Assembly: GCA_012026655.1 (NCBI GenBank)
Contig: JAAILG010001376.1
Span: 1-64,000 of the forward strand
Reading direction: 5' to 3'
Origin: Hydrolagus affinis
Taxonomy: Eukaryota
DNA: 64,000 nt
Shown: positions 36,681 through 48,965 of the stretch, in pieces
How positions within the stretch are numbered: position 1 is the first letter of the stretch
Layout of the letters: each line of letters opens with the position of its first letter
Program-made: the position numbers and the translations under genes
Notes under the pieces: model-generated
What the model was told of the DNA's origin: nothing
What the model saw: only the letters and a program-made list of their open reading frames with translations
The model's database searches: none

Positions 36681-37436
36681 GTCAATTCATATCCCTTTCA
36701 TTTGCCCTGCCATCCAGCCAAACCTATATCCCTCAAATCTCTATTGAATGAAGAATGAAGAAGTGTGGTATAACAGGGACCAACACACCATTGATAAGCT
36801 AGAAAGGACACTACCTTACGTGAGGGACACTATCTGAATGCAAGTTGTATTGTTGGTGTTGTTATCACAGTGATTTAAGTCCCAGTGCCATGTTTATAAG
36901 CCCTTTTTTAAAATTGAATCTTTTCCAATGCCTTATGGGGAAAGATATTCTCTTCAAATAACACCATACTTACAGAGCAGCTGCATCCCAAATCCTGTCT
37001 TGTCAATTTCCTGCTGAAGTGAATAGGAAACAGAAGCCTGCAAGTTCCAGGTATAGCAGTGGCCTGATGTCACCAACGCACCACAGCAACCTCCAGGGGG
37101 GTTTACAGGCAGGTGAAGGCATTGTAGCAACTGTCAAGGGCAGCTTCAACAGACAAGCCAGAATAAAATTAAACCATGGGTGTGCTCACTGAATTAACCC
37201 CTTCAGAAACAGGGTAGCAAGCTGCGTAGCCTCAACTTGGCAAGGTGGTTCAGGGCTCTTCTTACTGTAATAGAATCGCAGACCTCTCAGAGGGGTAAGA
37301 GCCAAGATTTGGTGCAACGTTTTTGTGAAAAAGGGACACCATATGTCTGGCTTTTACCCATTGAGAGAAACATGGGCACTTTGATCAGTTCTTTGTTTGG
37401 TCACAATTTTTGTTTGTAGGACTGACATGGTCACAT

Positions 37437-37770
37437 AATAATAATAATCCTTCGCATTATTACGTCTTCAAAACATCTCAAAGCACTTCACAGAATATTG
37501 TGTAAAGTGAATTGACTGTATATTTTGTGGGTGAAATGCAGCAACCAATTGTGCACAGATGCGTCCCACAAACAGTGGTAGATTAAGTGACCAAATCATT
37601 ATTATTTATTCAGCTATTGAAGGAGTTATTAGCCTCAGAAAAGTGATCAGCCCAAATACTAATAACTGGGTTCCTACTGACTGCTGGTACACAGTGGCTT
37701 ATAAAATAAAGAACCCAGGTCCTCTTGCTTGTGAGACGAATCCTCTAGCTATGGTACAGGACCCCACTTT
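37437..37770 (-). mobile_element. SINE2-type copy (long-spacer variant)
   Basis: Tail, core and degraded head. Confidence 0.75.
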
Positions 37771-37954
37771 CATCTAAGATGATGCCCTGCGGAATCTGGG
37801 TTTAACATTGGTCAGCAAAACATTCAGATAATGATTTGTTAGTTATGTAGAACAATTATCAATTCTAATTACAAAAGGTTTGCTGGTAACATTCTTATCT
37901 CGGAGTCAGTAGGTTTAAAGCTAATGTTGGGACTCGTATGAATAGGTTAACACG

Positions 37955-38260
37955 CCAAAGTAATGTTAGGGGTGTGTTGTTGGAGATGTCAACCTGGAGA
38001 TGAAATGTAAAACCCAAATACTGTTTGTTCAAGTGGATCTTAAAGATCCATGAACCCGTTTGGAACGAGAAGGGTGAAGGCAGTAAATTAAACATTTGCC
38101 TAATGGCTGTTTGTGGGACGCTGCTGTGCTCAAATTGGCTGTTAAATTCACCTACATAATACACAGTCAATAAAATTTTGCATTAAATCCTCCAAAGTGC
38201 TTTGAGGTATCCACCTGATGTGAAAGGAGGTACATCAAATGCAAGGATCATTATTATAAT
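37955..38260 (+). mobile_element. Older DeuSINE
   Basis: ggctgtttgtgggacgctgctgtgctcaaattggctg..aaatgcaaggatc. Confidence 0.78.
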
Positions 38261-38535
38261 AATGATTTCACGTTCAAATATATTGTGTTTCCAGAACAGT
38301 CTTGGGGTTGTGCTTGGTTTGCCTCTTCATGTAGCAACTGTGATGGCATGAATTTCATCTACAGTTCTAGCATGCAGTAAAACCATTTTATCATAAAATT
38401 TGAGATAACGTAGAGTTCATGAAAATGCTTAAATTCAATCGTAACTTGGAGGTTGGTTGTTTCTTTTTTAAGAACTGTGGAAAACCAGCTTCCAAATTAA
38501 GACTGAAGTGTGAAGAAGAAATGTTTTACTGATGA

Positions 38536-38945
38536 TAATAATAATCCTTGCACTTAGCGCCTCACCACATTGTCGAAACATTTCAAAGCGCTTCACAGGA
38601 TTTTACTATGAAGTGTAGTGACTGTGTATTAGAGTGCAGCAGTCTGCTTGTGCACTGCAATGTGCCAGAAACACCATTTGAAGTGAGTGACCAGATTTAT
38701 TGGGGGATTAGTGGCCAGGACACAGGGAGTAACTCCCATTCTTTGCGAATAGTGCCATGGAATCTTTAACGTTCACCTGAACAGGTAGACATGACCTTGG
38801 ATTCCAGCGCTCTGAGACACCGTCCAGTGTGGAGGGCGCTATATAAATCAAAGTTGTTGTTGTTGTTTAACGTTTTATCTGAGGGATGGCACCCTCATCA
38901 ATGCAGGGCTACCCATCACTGTGTTGGAGCATCAGCCTAGACTAT
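38536..38945 (-). mobile_element. Older DeuSINE with an inserted L2-type tail at ~38800-38866
   Basis: tggccaggacac..gaatagtgccatgg, with an internal gggcgctatataaat..(TTG)n in the opposite orientation. Confidence 0.75.
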
Positions 38946-39084
38946 TAGTTCAGTTATTCTCATAAAAAGAAAATCTGTCCATTCTGGAAAACTGAGACCA
39001 AATGGAAAATGCCGAGATCATATCCACAGCAGATCAATGAGCAGCTGAAAATGAAAGCCAGAGTATGGCTGTGTCTGCATTCAT

Positions 39085-39704
39085 GTCCCTGGGCTATCCC
39101 TCAGACTCACCGAACCAGTGGTGACCTCGGCGGCAGGTTCCACCCATAGCTGTCTTGTCTTCTGCACATCCGGTCCCTGACCTGGACCGCCTTCCTCCAT
39201 CTCCGTCAGCTTTGCCTACCTCTGACTGTACCTTATCCCAGATGCAGGCAAAACACTCATCCATGCATTCATCACCTCCTGAGTCAACTTCTCCCTTTGT
39301 CGATCTCCCCAGCTACACCACGCACAAAATCCAGCTGATTCAAGACTCGGCCGGCCATATACTCACTCATATTGAACTCTGTACCCCCAACATGCCAGTT
39401 CTAGGCAAGCTCCACTGGTTCCCTACTGCCAAATAGATTGATTTCATTTCTTCATATTCGTTTTCAAATTGCTTCATGCCTTGACTCCTCACTACCTATT
39501 CGATCTGTTTACCTCTCTTCATCTATCTGTCTGCCTTGTCCCTTCCTTCCCCATATTAAGGTTGACCCTGAAGACCTTCTTCTTCAACTGGGCCCCCGTC
39601 ACCTCACCCCTCCCCTCTCCTCGGCTCAGTGTCATGTTCCACCACTGTCAAGTACTCTGGGATGTGTGAGGAGCGCAATATAAATGCAAGCTCTTGATGT
39701 TGTT
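39085..39704 (+). mobile_element. Degenerate L2 fragment
   Basis: Translation HKIQLIQDSAGHIL..PVLGKLHWFP, plus 3' tail. Confidence 0.8.
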
Positions 39705-40049
39705 TCAATAGTGGATTGGTTATCTTGTCTGACAGAAAGGGACACAGCAGGAAAATGATAGAGCAAAGATTGAAAATATTCATTGATTTCCATTTATTGT
39801 TGGTTCTGACCAAAATACAGGAGTTGCTTAAAACCTGATTTGTCTATAACAAGAGTTAGCCCATATTGGGAATTGAGATATGTACAAACCATGTACAATA
39901 GGGATTTTCAAATTCAACACCACTGGTCCGATTTTAAAATAAATCGTAAACTGAGTGCACTAGTTGACCTACTTTTGTAAATTTTAAGTTCGACTGAAGT
40001 CGAGGTGACTTCATAAGGAATACATAATCTCTGAGATGGCAACTGAAGA

Positions 40050-40232
40050 CAATGAAGATACTCGCTACATCAAGTATGAAAAGTGTAACATTATTGAAAG
40101 ATAGCGAACATGAAAGGTGCTACATCTTGGAAGGTGCTACATACATGAAAGGCACTGCAAGCATGTAAGCCGTTACAGATGGGAAAGTCGCACATACAAG
40201 CAAGGCATTATGTACATGAAAGATGTTACATG
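40050..40232 (+). repeat. Degenerate tandem array, ~10 units of ~18 bp (catgaaaggtgctacata)
   Basis: catgaaaggtgctacat cttggaaggtgctacata catgaaaggcactgcaag ... catgaaagatgttacatg. Confidence 0.7.
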
Positions 40233-40419
40233 CAGACAAACCAATTGAGATGGGAGATAGTAGGCACTTTGAAAGTAAAATGTTAAGGGATGTGAAGAAA
40301 GTGGGGAATGGGATTAAAAGATAAAGATCTGCTGTGAATTAATATAACGGTAGGACATAATCAACAAGCCAAATTGCTTGCTCCTGTTCCTACATTTACT
40401 GAGTCTTGATTTACAGTTG

Positions 40420-40835
40420 TAGTGTTGGCCTAGCACAGTAGTAGTACTCTTACCTCTGACTCAGGAGGTTGTGGGTGCAAGCCCCAGGTTGGAACTTGGA
40501 ATCAGTTAGTCTAAGATGATACTCCAATGCAGTGATGGGATGTGTTGCATTGTCAGAGGTGACATCTCTTGGATGAGATTTTAAGCTACCTGCTTTCAGG
40601 GGATGTTAACAACAAAACAACAAAATTACATTTGTAGAGCGCCTTTCACGTTGGGTGAACATTCCAAGACACAGAACAGGACCCGAGCATGGGGAAGAGG
40701 TGAGGCAGGGTTGGGATGAGGGAGCGCAGAAAGTTAATAGGGTGGCTGAAGGCACGGTCAAAAAGGATGGTCTTGAGTCGTGCTTTGAGATATCTGCACA
40801 ACGTAATAAGGCATTATATCAAATGCAAGGATTCT
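40420..40835 (+). mobile_element. Older DeuSINE interrupted by a reverse L2 3' end (40607-40778)
   Basis: Head ctctgactcaggaggttgtgggtgcaagcccc; insert begins aacaacaaaacaacaaaattacatttgtagagcgcc. Confidence 0.75.
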
Positions 40836-41318
40836 AATCATTATGATCAGTAGTAGTATGATAGTATTATTACGCCAGTACAAGTGAGCAACCGTTTAAA
40901 CCTTTTAGCTTCTCCTCACCAGTGCTGGGGAATATTAGTAGGGATACGAGAGGAAACTGGGAAGATTGCAAATCTAAACTAAAAAGGGATTATGTTGGAA
41001 ATACACAGCAGGTCAGTCAGTGTCTGAAAGTGAAAGACAGACCCTGGAGAATATGGAAGACAGCTGTTGAAATATCAAAAAGTGAAAAAACATACTGAAA
41101 GAATTTGTCTTACATTTTACATATTTTGTATCTTATTCTGAACTGTGCAAGCCATCCACAGATCACTCACATTTGTCGACAGGTCTGACCACTCTCTGAT
41201 ATTCAGATAGGTCATATCCTGGCTGTGTATTGTTGTTGTTTTTAAGTCTGTAACATGGTCAGCAATTGGCGAGGGCTATGATTTGCAATTATATTCAGTG
41301 CCACATTTTTGACCTTCC

Positions 41319-41470
41319 ATAATAATAATAATCCTTGCATTTAATATAGCGCTTTTCACGTGTTCTAGACGTCTCACAGCGCTTCACAGAATGTACTGTA
41401 CTATAAAGTGAATTGACTGTATATTTGTGGGTGAATCGATACAGCCAATTGCACACAACAGTGACCCACA
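41319..41470 (-). mobile_element. SINE2-type 3' half
   Basis: (ATA)n atccttgcatttaatatagcgcttttcacg. Confidence 0.88.
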
Positions 41471-41557
41471 GGCATGGAGTTCATAGAACCATTTGACTTG
41501 TGTATAAAGAGTGGACACACTTGGACACAATACTTAGATTTCAGAGACACATAAATG

Positions 41558-42045
41558 GTGTGTTAGCTTGGCTGAGTTGATAGCAGTCTTGCCTTTGAGT
41601 CAGAGGTTTTAGGTTCAAACACCCATGTTGGCACTTTGATCTTGCAGTCACTGTAGGGCTGGGAGTCCACCATTGTCGGAGGTGCTGTCCTTCTAACTAC
41701 AGTAATTGATTTTTTGTATTTTGTGGGTGAAACGTGGCAGCCAATTAATTGGGCACAGCACTCAAGCCAGTTAGGAAACTTTGAACTTAGCTCCCATCTG
41801 TCTGTTCAGATTTGACCTGAGAAGAGTTTCATCAGATACTCTGTCCCATAACCCTCCAGATTAAAAAAATTGATAATTTACTTTACCGCTGTTTATGAGA
41901 CAATGCTGTGCACAAATTGGCTGCTATGTTTACCTACAAAATAGTCACTACATTTTATCGTAAATTCTGTGAAGTGATTCAACATGTACTCCTGACCAGA
42001 AAATGCTAAGTCAATGTTATTGTTATTATTATTTGTTATTATTAT
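41558..42045 (+). mobile_element. Older DeuSINE with an inverted Deu fragment at ~41700-41760
   Basis: Head cttggctgagttgatagcag..gagtcagagg; core at 41890-41940. Confidence 0.72.
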
Positions 42046-42226
42046 TAGAAAACCAGAATGCAACTGAAATATGTGTGTGTGTGGAGGGAGGGGGGTTGGG
42101 TAGAAGGGAAGAATTATTGAAGACTTGAAAACTTTGTGCCTAGATTATTTTACTTATAGCTGAATTGGATACTTCCTTCATTTAAACTCCCAAAGCAGTT
42201 TAGTTTACCTAATTGTTATAATCCAA

Positions 42227-42381
42227 CTGACAGATGTTAATTCTCGTGGTGCTGTGTGAGGTATAACTAATTGATTCGAGGAGACGCTATTGCAGATATC
42301 TTTCTATGCTGCCAGATGTTCGTTCTCTTCGTGTTATATCAGGTATAACTAATTGATTCAAGGAAATGGCATTGTGGATAT
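42227..42381. repeat. Diverged tandem duplication, period 82 bp
   Basis: aggtataactaattgattc occurs at 42259 and 42341, with alignable flanks. Confidence 0.85.
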
Positions 42382-43167
42382 GTGCAGTGCGGGAGCCTTG
42401 GTCTTAGATCACTTAGATCACTTGTTTGCCCCTATTCTCTTTGCCTTGTTTCACAAACTGTTGTCACCCAAGATGTTCCTGAGGATCCAGTACTTGAGGA
42501 AGGTCCACAGGTTCTTGCTAGCCTTGTTGCTTTGGACTATGTTACAAAGGACAAGTGGATTTCAGTCATGGAGTGTGATAGTGTTCCCATGGAATGTAGG
42601 AACATTTTTTTGTACACCTCAAAAGTAACCAAATGAGGGTTACATCCAGAGATGCATCCAAAGCTTTATGACAAAAAACTGTTTAAGAGACTAGCATGAA
42701 AGGCAACATTCTGCCACTTGAAAGATAAAGATCTTCTTAGATTATGTAAGTGGTTAGATTTGTCAAATTCCTTGGCACACTACCTAAAATGTGGGCAATG
42801 TAACAACCAGTATGGTGTATAGAGAGTCTGAAAGTGGAGGCATTTGTCACATGAAATCATCAGCTTAGTTACGTGGTGGAATGCCAGCACCAAGAGAAGG
42901 GAAGCTGTACATTTTTCAAAGAACCGAGTTCTTGTTAGGCTTTTAAAAAAAACAGTTGAATACAGAACATTTTCCACAAATGTCTGTTGAAATAAGAGTC
43001 CGTGAGAGCATTTAAAAGAGAATTTTAAGAAAACCGCGTGGATTAATTTGACTCATTTTAGTGGAGGAAGGTAGCACCAGCACCGACATAATGGGGAATG
43101 GTATCTGTGCTGCAAACTTTTTACCAATCTGTAAACTGTGTCCTTGCATCCTATTAGTGTACACCAT

Positions 43168-44479
43168 CAACAACAACAACAAAATTACATTGATAGAGCG
43201 CCTTTCACATCGGGAGGATGTCCCAAGCCGCTGAACAGTCAGGGGTCAGACTCCGAGAATGGGGTGTGGGGCAAGGTTGGGATGGGGGGAAGGCAGAGAG
43301 TTAGGAGGATGGCTGAAGACATGGTCGAAAAGAAGGATGTTGAGTCAGGCCTTGAAGGTGGGCAAGGGACGGAGCAAGGCAAAAGGATTGTGGGATGGAG
43401 TTACAAAGGGTGGGGGCAGAAAGGCTGAAAGCCCGGCTGCCAATGGTAGGGTGGGTTGGCCAGGAGACAAGGAGCAGTACAGAGCCTGCTGAATGGGGGG
43501 GAGCAGGCAGGTTGATAGGTTGTCAGTAGGTCAGCGAGGTAGGAGAGGGCAAGGCCATGGAGGGCGTTGGAAGTGAAGATGAGGATTTTGAATTCTATCC
43601 CTGAGGAATACTCTGAGGAATGGGAAGACAGTGGAGCTGGGCGAGGGTGGGATGATAGGGTCACAGAGCCTGGTGGGGTAGAGGACCCGAGCTGAAGAGT
43701 TTGGGATGAGCTGCACCTTATGGAGGGAAGAGTTGGGGTGGCTGACAAGGAGGAAGTTATTGTAGTCAAGCCTTGAGATGACAAATGTGTGTGTGAGGGT
43801 TTTGGTAGACTGAGGGTTGAAGCAGTGGTGGAGTTGGGCAATGCAGAGGTGGTGGAAGGCAGTGCTGGTTATGGCACGGATGCGGTAGAGGAAGAACAGT
43901 TGAAGGTCAAATGAGACACCCAGGTTCCTGACTAGTTTGGTGATGTGGATAATGTATCCATGGATGTTGATTCTGCCAATGCCTGAGGTGCAGATGTGCT
44001 GGTGCAAGCCAATCAAGAGGGCCTCAGTCTTGCTGATATTCAGCTGTAGAAAGTTGTCCCTCATCCAGGACTTGATGTCTGACAGGCGGGCGTCAGGATG
44101 CCAGTTATCCTGCAATTGAGGGTGGAGGCAGAGATATAGAGTTGAGTGTCATCCGCGATTATGTGGAAATTGACCCCATGTCTGCGGATGATATCATCAA
44201 GAGGGAACATGTAGACACTGAAGAGGAGGGGACTGAGGACAGAGTCCTGAGGAACACTGCATGAGATGGTGCTGGAGCTGGAAGAGAAACCATTAGTGGA
44301 GACAAATTAGAGACGGTGAGAGAGATAAGACCTAAACCATTCAAGGACAGAACTTTGAAGGTTGAGGTGAGAGGAGAGATGGTGGAGGAGGATTGAGTCA
44401 CCCGCAGGTTCGAAGGCAGCAGAGACGCTGAGGAGGAAGAGGAGGCAAGGGGAGGGAGGCAGAGGGAATTACTATCCAA
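43168..44479 (-). mobile_element. L2 LINE, ~1.3-kb 3' fragment with frameshifted RT
   Basis: [46 protein letters not shown]. The region further upstream carries GVPQ..LSPLLF and FH..ADDTQL remnants. (TTG)n tail. Confidence 0.95.
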
Positions 44480-44682
44480 AATATGGGTTCACAAGATTAA
44501 AAGTAGTTAGCATTATAAAGACCCTTTTGTCTATTTGATCTTATTTTTCCAGACAGTCCATCCTACTGTCCTTCCATTGGACTAGCAATAAGTATAGAAC
44601 TGATAAAAGTAGAGAAGTTGAAGTATACATGGTGTGCAATATTCTTTGATATTCAAACGAGAATAGAATTGTGGGCAAAAAT

Positions 44683-45115
44683 AAGAATAATAATCCTTAC
44701 ATTTGATATAGCTCCTTATCACTTCATTGAGATGTCTCAAAGTGCTTCACAGAATATACTGTAAAGTGAATTGACTGTGTATTTATGGGCAAAACATGCC
44801 AGCCAATTGCCTGCAGCAATATTCCACAAACAGTCGTGGATTGAGTGACCAAATTATTATTTTTTTAAAGGATTATAATCCCCCAGAAATCAATATGACT
44901 ACTGACTAACGATCGAGTGCCTACTTAGTGATAACAACAACTTGCATTTATATAGTGCCTCCACACTGGGCAGAGATAAACAGAGATAGGTAAACAGTGA
45001 TAGGTAAACAGAGGTGCGTGAGGTAAGGAAATTTGCCTGAGGTTTTGTCCTGTCTGGGAATGAAACTTGGGTTTGCCTCGCTTGAAAGGCATGTGCTATA
45101 ATCAATACGCTACAG
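44683..45115 (-). mobile_element. SINE2-type copy (long-spacer variant) with a small tail insertion
   Basis: Tail, core, taaacagaggtgcgtgaggtaaggaaatttgcc and degraded head. Confidence 0.8.
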
Positions 45116-46189
45116 TATTAATTGGTCAAACCAGCATGTCAAAAATTGGCAACCTATAATGTGGAGATCAGAAACTGATCTGTGTCAATTGATGCAAAAA
45201 TTGGCGTCATTCAATTTCTCTCTAAACAAATTGCGTTCAAGACCACATGTGCTAGCTATACTGGCACTGCTCACAATAAATGTTGGAAGGCAAGAGGCTG
45301 TCTGACCATGACTGGCCATTTGGTTGTGTTTACTTGTTGCTGGCTTTCAAATTAATCCAAGGTACCGACATATTGCCCTTTAATCAGCAGTATTACTTAG
45401 TTTGGCTTCAGTGATTTAACAGATTGCCCATATGATGTTTAACACATATATCATTGCCTATATATCTGCAAAAGTCCTGACTGCTTCTGATAAGCACAGG
45501 AAGGAAGCTGCATTGCCAGGGAGACTGCATTAGAAAAAAGTAGTGTGAAGTGAGGGAGGCAACCGATCAGGGAATGCAAATGCTCTAATTGGCACGTGGA
45601 CAAATTTTGCTATGAATGGTTTACTGTACGAAAGCATATGCAGGGCGCTGTTTGACAAAGGTGACTTGCAGACAATTTTGTGACTGAATGGAGAGGGGGG
45701 AATTCCACTTTCAGGGTTGCTATCAGAGTTAACAAAAATGTAACCATGGTTGCAAACGATATTGGACGGTTAGGGAGTTGAGCGTGGAATATTGTATAAA
45801 GGGTGCCTGCAAAAACTGTCTTATTTGTGAGGACAAATCTATTTCACATCATTATCCCGCTGTTGTTGGGATGATGCTTTTTTGGATAAATATGGGAACA
45901 TACTACATTATGGTGTGTGTAATGTGGGTGGCATTAACAGTATTGAAAAATCATCAACACTGATTTCAACATGAAGTCATGGTGAGGCGTGGGGTGGGGG
46001 GGCGTGGGGGCGTTGGGAGGGAGAGGTTGAGATAATATCACACGAAGAGAAATTGCAGTTTGTTTGATTTTTGCACTCTGCCAGTGGCAGTCACTCGTAT
46101 CTCACATATAGGAAAGGTTAGGTACAGAGGAATTCACCCTCTAACTTGTCCCAACAATCTGTCATCTCCACTGCACTTGAGCACCCACT

Positions 46190-46430
46190 GTTTAATAGTT
46201 GTCACGTTTGATATTGTGCCTTTCAGACTTACCTGAAGGGGCTTCACAGGATCTACCGGAAAATGTATTTTGTCAGCAAATATGCAGACAATTTGCAATG
46301 TCCCATAAACAGCCATGAAGTGAACGACCAATTTTATCTGGGAGAATGGATGTTTGCCACGACCCTGGGTGATCTCCTTCTCCTTACAAATGGTGCCATG
46401 GGATCTTTAACATCCACCAAAACAGACAGA
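46190..46430 (-). mobile_element. Older DeuSINE fragment
   Basis: gtcccataaacagccatgaagtgaacgacc..gtgccatgggatctttaacatcc. Confidence 0.72.
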
Positions 46431-46557
46431 TGAGATATCACTAGTTTTACCCAAACATATCATGCTTGTTGCGCCTCAGTCAGATTACTGATTCACATAT
46501 TATACCAATGTTATACCAACCTAAAGGTAATCTTTTGCACTTATGCACACTATGAAA

Positions 46558-46694
46558 TGTTGAGTCTGGTCAAACACATTTCACGTTTAAGCCTGTTTAG
46601 TCAGCTAAGGCTTTCATCCCATCAGTCTGGGCTGGATTCAAACTCGGATGCCAGGAAAGAAAGGCAGCCTCCTCATCCACAAACAGCACTTCCC
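46558..46694 (-). mobile_element. LF-SINE-like 5' fragment
   Basis: Reverse complement gcctttctttcctggcatccgagtttgaatccagcccagactgatgggatga..gtgaaatgtgtttg, similar to 51320-51430. Confidence 0.5.
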
Positions 46695-47582
46695 GCTAAG
46701 GAGAATTTTGATGAAAGATTAAAACATCACTAAATAATAAATGGACAAAGAAATACAATCTGCCGTTTGAGCTGCGTGGCACTACTCCGGAGAGCTCAGA
46801 GTTTTAAAGTAATTCTTGGATTTTCAAGTTGAGTTTTTTTTTTGAGTTACACAGTGAAGCCAAATAAGAACAGAATTGCAAATGATCGTTGGCTGGACTG
46901 GGATTTTCGGAAAATGCTGTTGGAATAGAGAAGGCGATACACCTGTCTATGCGGCAGAAGCCTCCGGTTTGGGCCGTGATCTTCAGCACTGTGGTGCAGC
47001 TGCTAAGAGACTCAGTGAAAGAGAATCCAGCGAGACTGCTTTCAAAGCATCGATGCCAGGATGAGATCCTTTCGTTCAAACAGCGTCTGCCAATTCTTCT
47101 GTCTTTAATAACTTATCTGGCTCTTTTTTTTTCTCTCTCTCTGCTCAAGTTACTGCGATGAAAGCATTTTTAAGTCTTATTAAAAACGTTACTGCTTCGG
47201 AGTGACCCAGTTACATAGCTGTTACTGCTTCTTCACACAGTGTTGCGGCCATGAATTCGAGCTCTGGCTGCTGCTATCTCAAACCTGCTCACCATATGTG
47301 TGATGAGCTGGACTGTTGGATGTGCCTCTGACCCTCCAACACAATAATATAAACTGACAGCTGGCATGTCACAGACATATCTGCTAACAACACACCCTAC
47401 ATTAATGCTGGAAATCGCTGAGCAGCCTGGGATTATCCAAACTCTTTGCATTGAACGATGAGGTGACTGAGAGGCAAATAGTTTTGAAACAAGGGGGAGA
47501 CTAGGGGGCAGGAAGTACAGTGCAATTCTTCATGAGTAAAAATGTTCTCAATGGGCCGATTATTAAGCTAGGAGGATCTGCA

Positions 47583-47730
47583 AGGTTGGTCTGTCACTGT
47601 TGTTGACAGACCAACCTGCCTGGCACATTGACCTGACTTGGAGAGGCAGACCGACTGCCGGTGTATGGATTTTTCCCACTCAGCCGTTAACCCTGCAAAC
47701 CAAAGCCCTAGTGGGTAGGGTAGGGTTTAG
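47583..47730 (-). mobile_element. Family X fragment ending in a 14-bp fold-back
   Basis: aggttggtctgtca ctgttgt tgacagaccaacct; ctgcaaaccaaagccc is shared with the 3540 region. Confidence 0.6.
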
Positions 47731-47734
47731 CAAG

Positions 47735-48640
47735 GCGGAGTTGGTAATGCTCTCAACTCTAATTCAGAAGTTTGTGGGTTCAAATCCCATATCAGAACTC
47801 ACAAATCTAGGCTGATTTGTCTTCAACTCCTCCTTCCATAGGCTGCAGATCAACCAGAACTCTGCAGCTGTGTCCTCTCCTGCACCAGGCTCTGTAACCC
47901 TATTGCCCTCATACTTGCCTGACCCCACTGGCTTCCCATCACTCAGAGGATACATTCCAAGATCCTGGCCATCATCTTCAAAGCTCTCCACGGCTTTGCT
48001 CCCCACTACCTCTGCAACCTGCTAACCCCCTACCAACCAGCTGGCTGCCTCCACTCAGCGGACTCCGGACTGCTTCACATCCTCCACTTTGCCTACCGCA
48101 CCATTGTCCTGTGTGTCCCTCTACCTTGCGCCCCCCCACCCTCCCTTGCTTCCTTCAAGACCCATCTCAACAACCTCCTCTTTGACCATGATTTCTATCA
48201 CCCTCCTTTCTCCTCTGTGCTCCACCCTCCCCAAACCTGACACCTGCTCGGGTCTGAAACACTGACAGATCAGTGCCTTGGGCTTTCCTCCTGATGTGAA
48301 AGACGCTATTCAAAGATAATTTTGTTGTTGTTGTTGACACTCCAAAGCAATGTACTGCATTGTTGGCGGTGTTGTCCTTTGATGTTAAACTGAAATCACA
48401 TCTGCCTGTTCAGGTGGATGTTATATTCCATGTCAGTACTTGAAAAGAGAAACAAGAGATTTTTGGGCAAAAATCTCCCAAATAAAATTGATTACCGAAT
48501 TGTGGCTGTTTTTGGGACAGTACTGTGAGTAAATTGGCTGCCATGTCTACCATTAACACACACTTCACAGTGTATCCTGTGATAAAGCACTTTGACATAT
48601 CCTTCCAGTGTGAAAGGTGCGATATCAAAGACAAGGATAT
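47735..48640 (+). mobile_element. Older DeuSINE interrupted by L2 (47815-48336)
   Basis: Head gtttgtgggttcaaatccc; the body resumes gacactcc..ctgttcaggtggatgtt. Confidence 0.72.
47815..48336 (+). mobile_element. L2 3' fragment
   Basis: ctccttccataggctgcagatcaaccagaactctgcagct..ccactggcttcccatc..(TTG)n. Confidence 0.9.
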
Positions 48641-48689
48641 TTTTTACGGTGGTTCAAGCTGGACAAACAGTAGGAAGCTTGCCAGACAG

Positions 48690-48965
48690 TGTGCTTAACG
48701 ATATTGTACTCAATGACATTATATGTGATTTTAGCTGGTTCCCTTGCCCTGGGATCCCCGAGCCTTGGCTCTCGCCAACCTGCACCTAGTACTCTCCAGA
48801 ATTAGGCACATCCCTTCATGTAGAGAGTGCGCATGCTATTTTAGGCACAGGAAAATCTCCATACATAGAACTGTCAGCCTGATTTGGATCCTCTTATACA
48901 TGGTGATGGGATTTTGCATATGTCATCCACCTGGCCGACCAAAACAATTTACTGGTGTATAACAA
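48690..48965 (-). mobile_element. Unclassified repeat family X fragment
   Basis: Reverse complement ttttggtcggccaggtg..cccatcaccatg..atccaaatcaggctg..gagagccaaggctcgggga. Confidence 0.62.

Noticed and set aside
40050-40232. CRISPR-like array
   Set aside because: There are no spacers, the units are contiguous and degenerate, and the context is eukaryotic.
42380-43000. Possible decayed Gypsy pol remnant (..EDPVLEEGPQVLASLVALDYVTKDKW..)
   Set aside because: Only a vague resemblance, with many stops and no diagnostic motif; it needs BLASTX.
46982-47002. REST/RE1-like half-site ttcagcactgtggtgcagc
   Set aside because: The right half-site GGACAG is absent.
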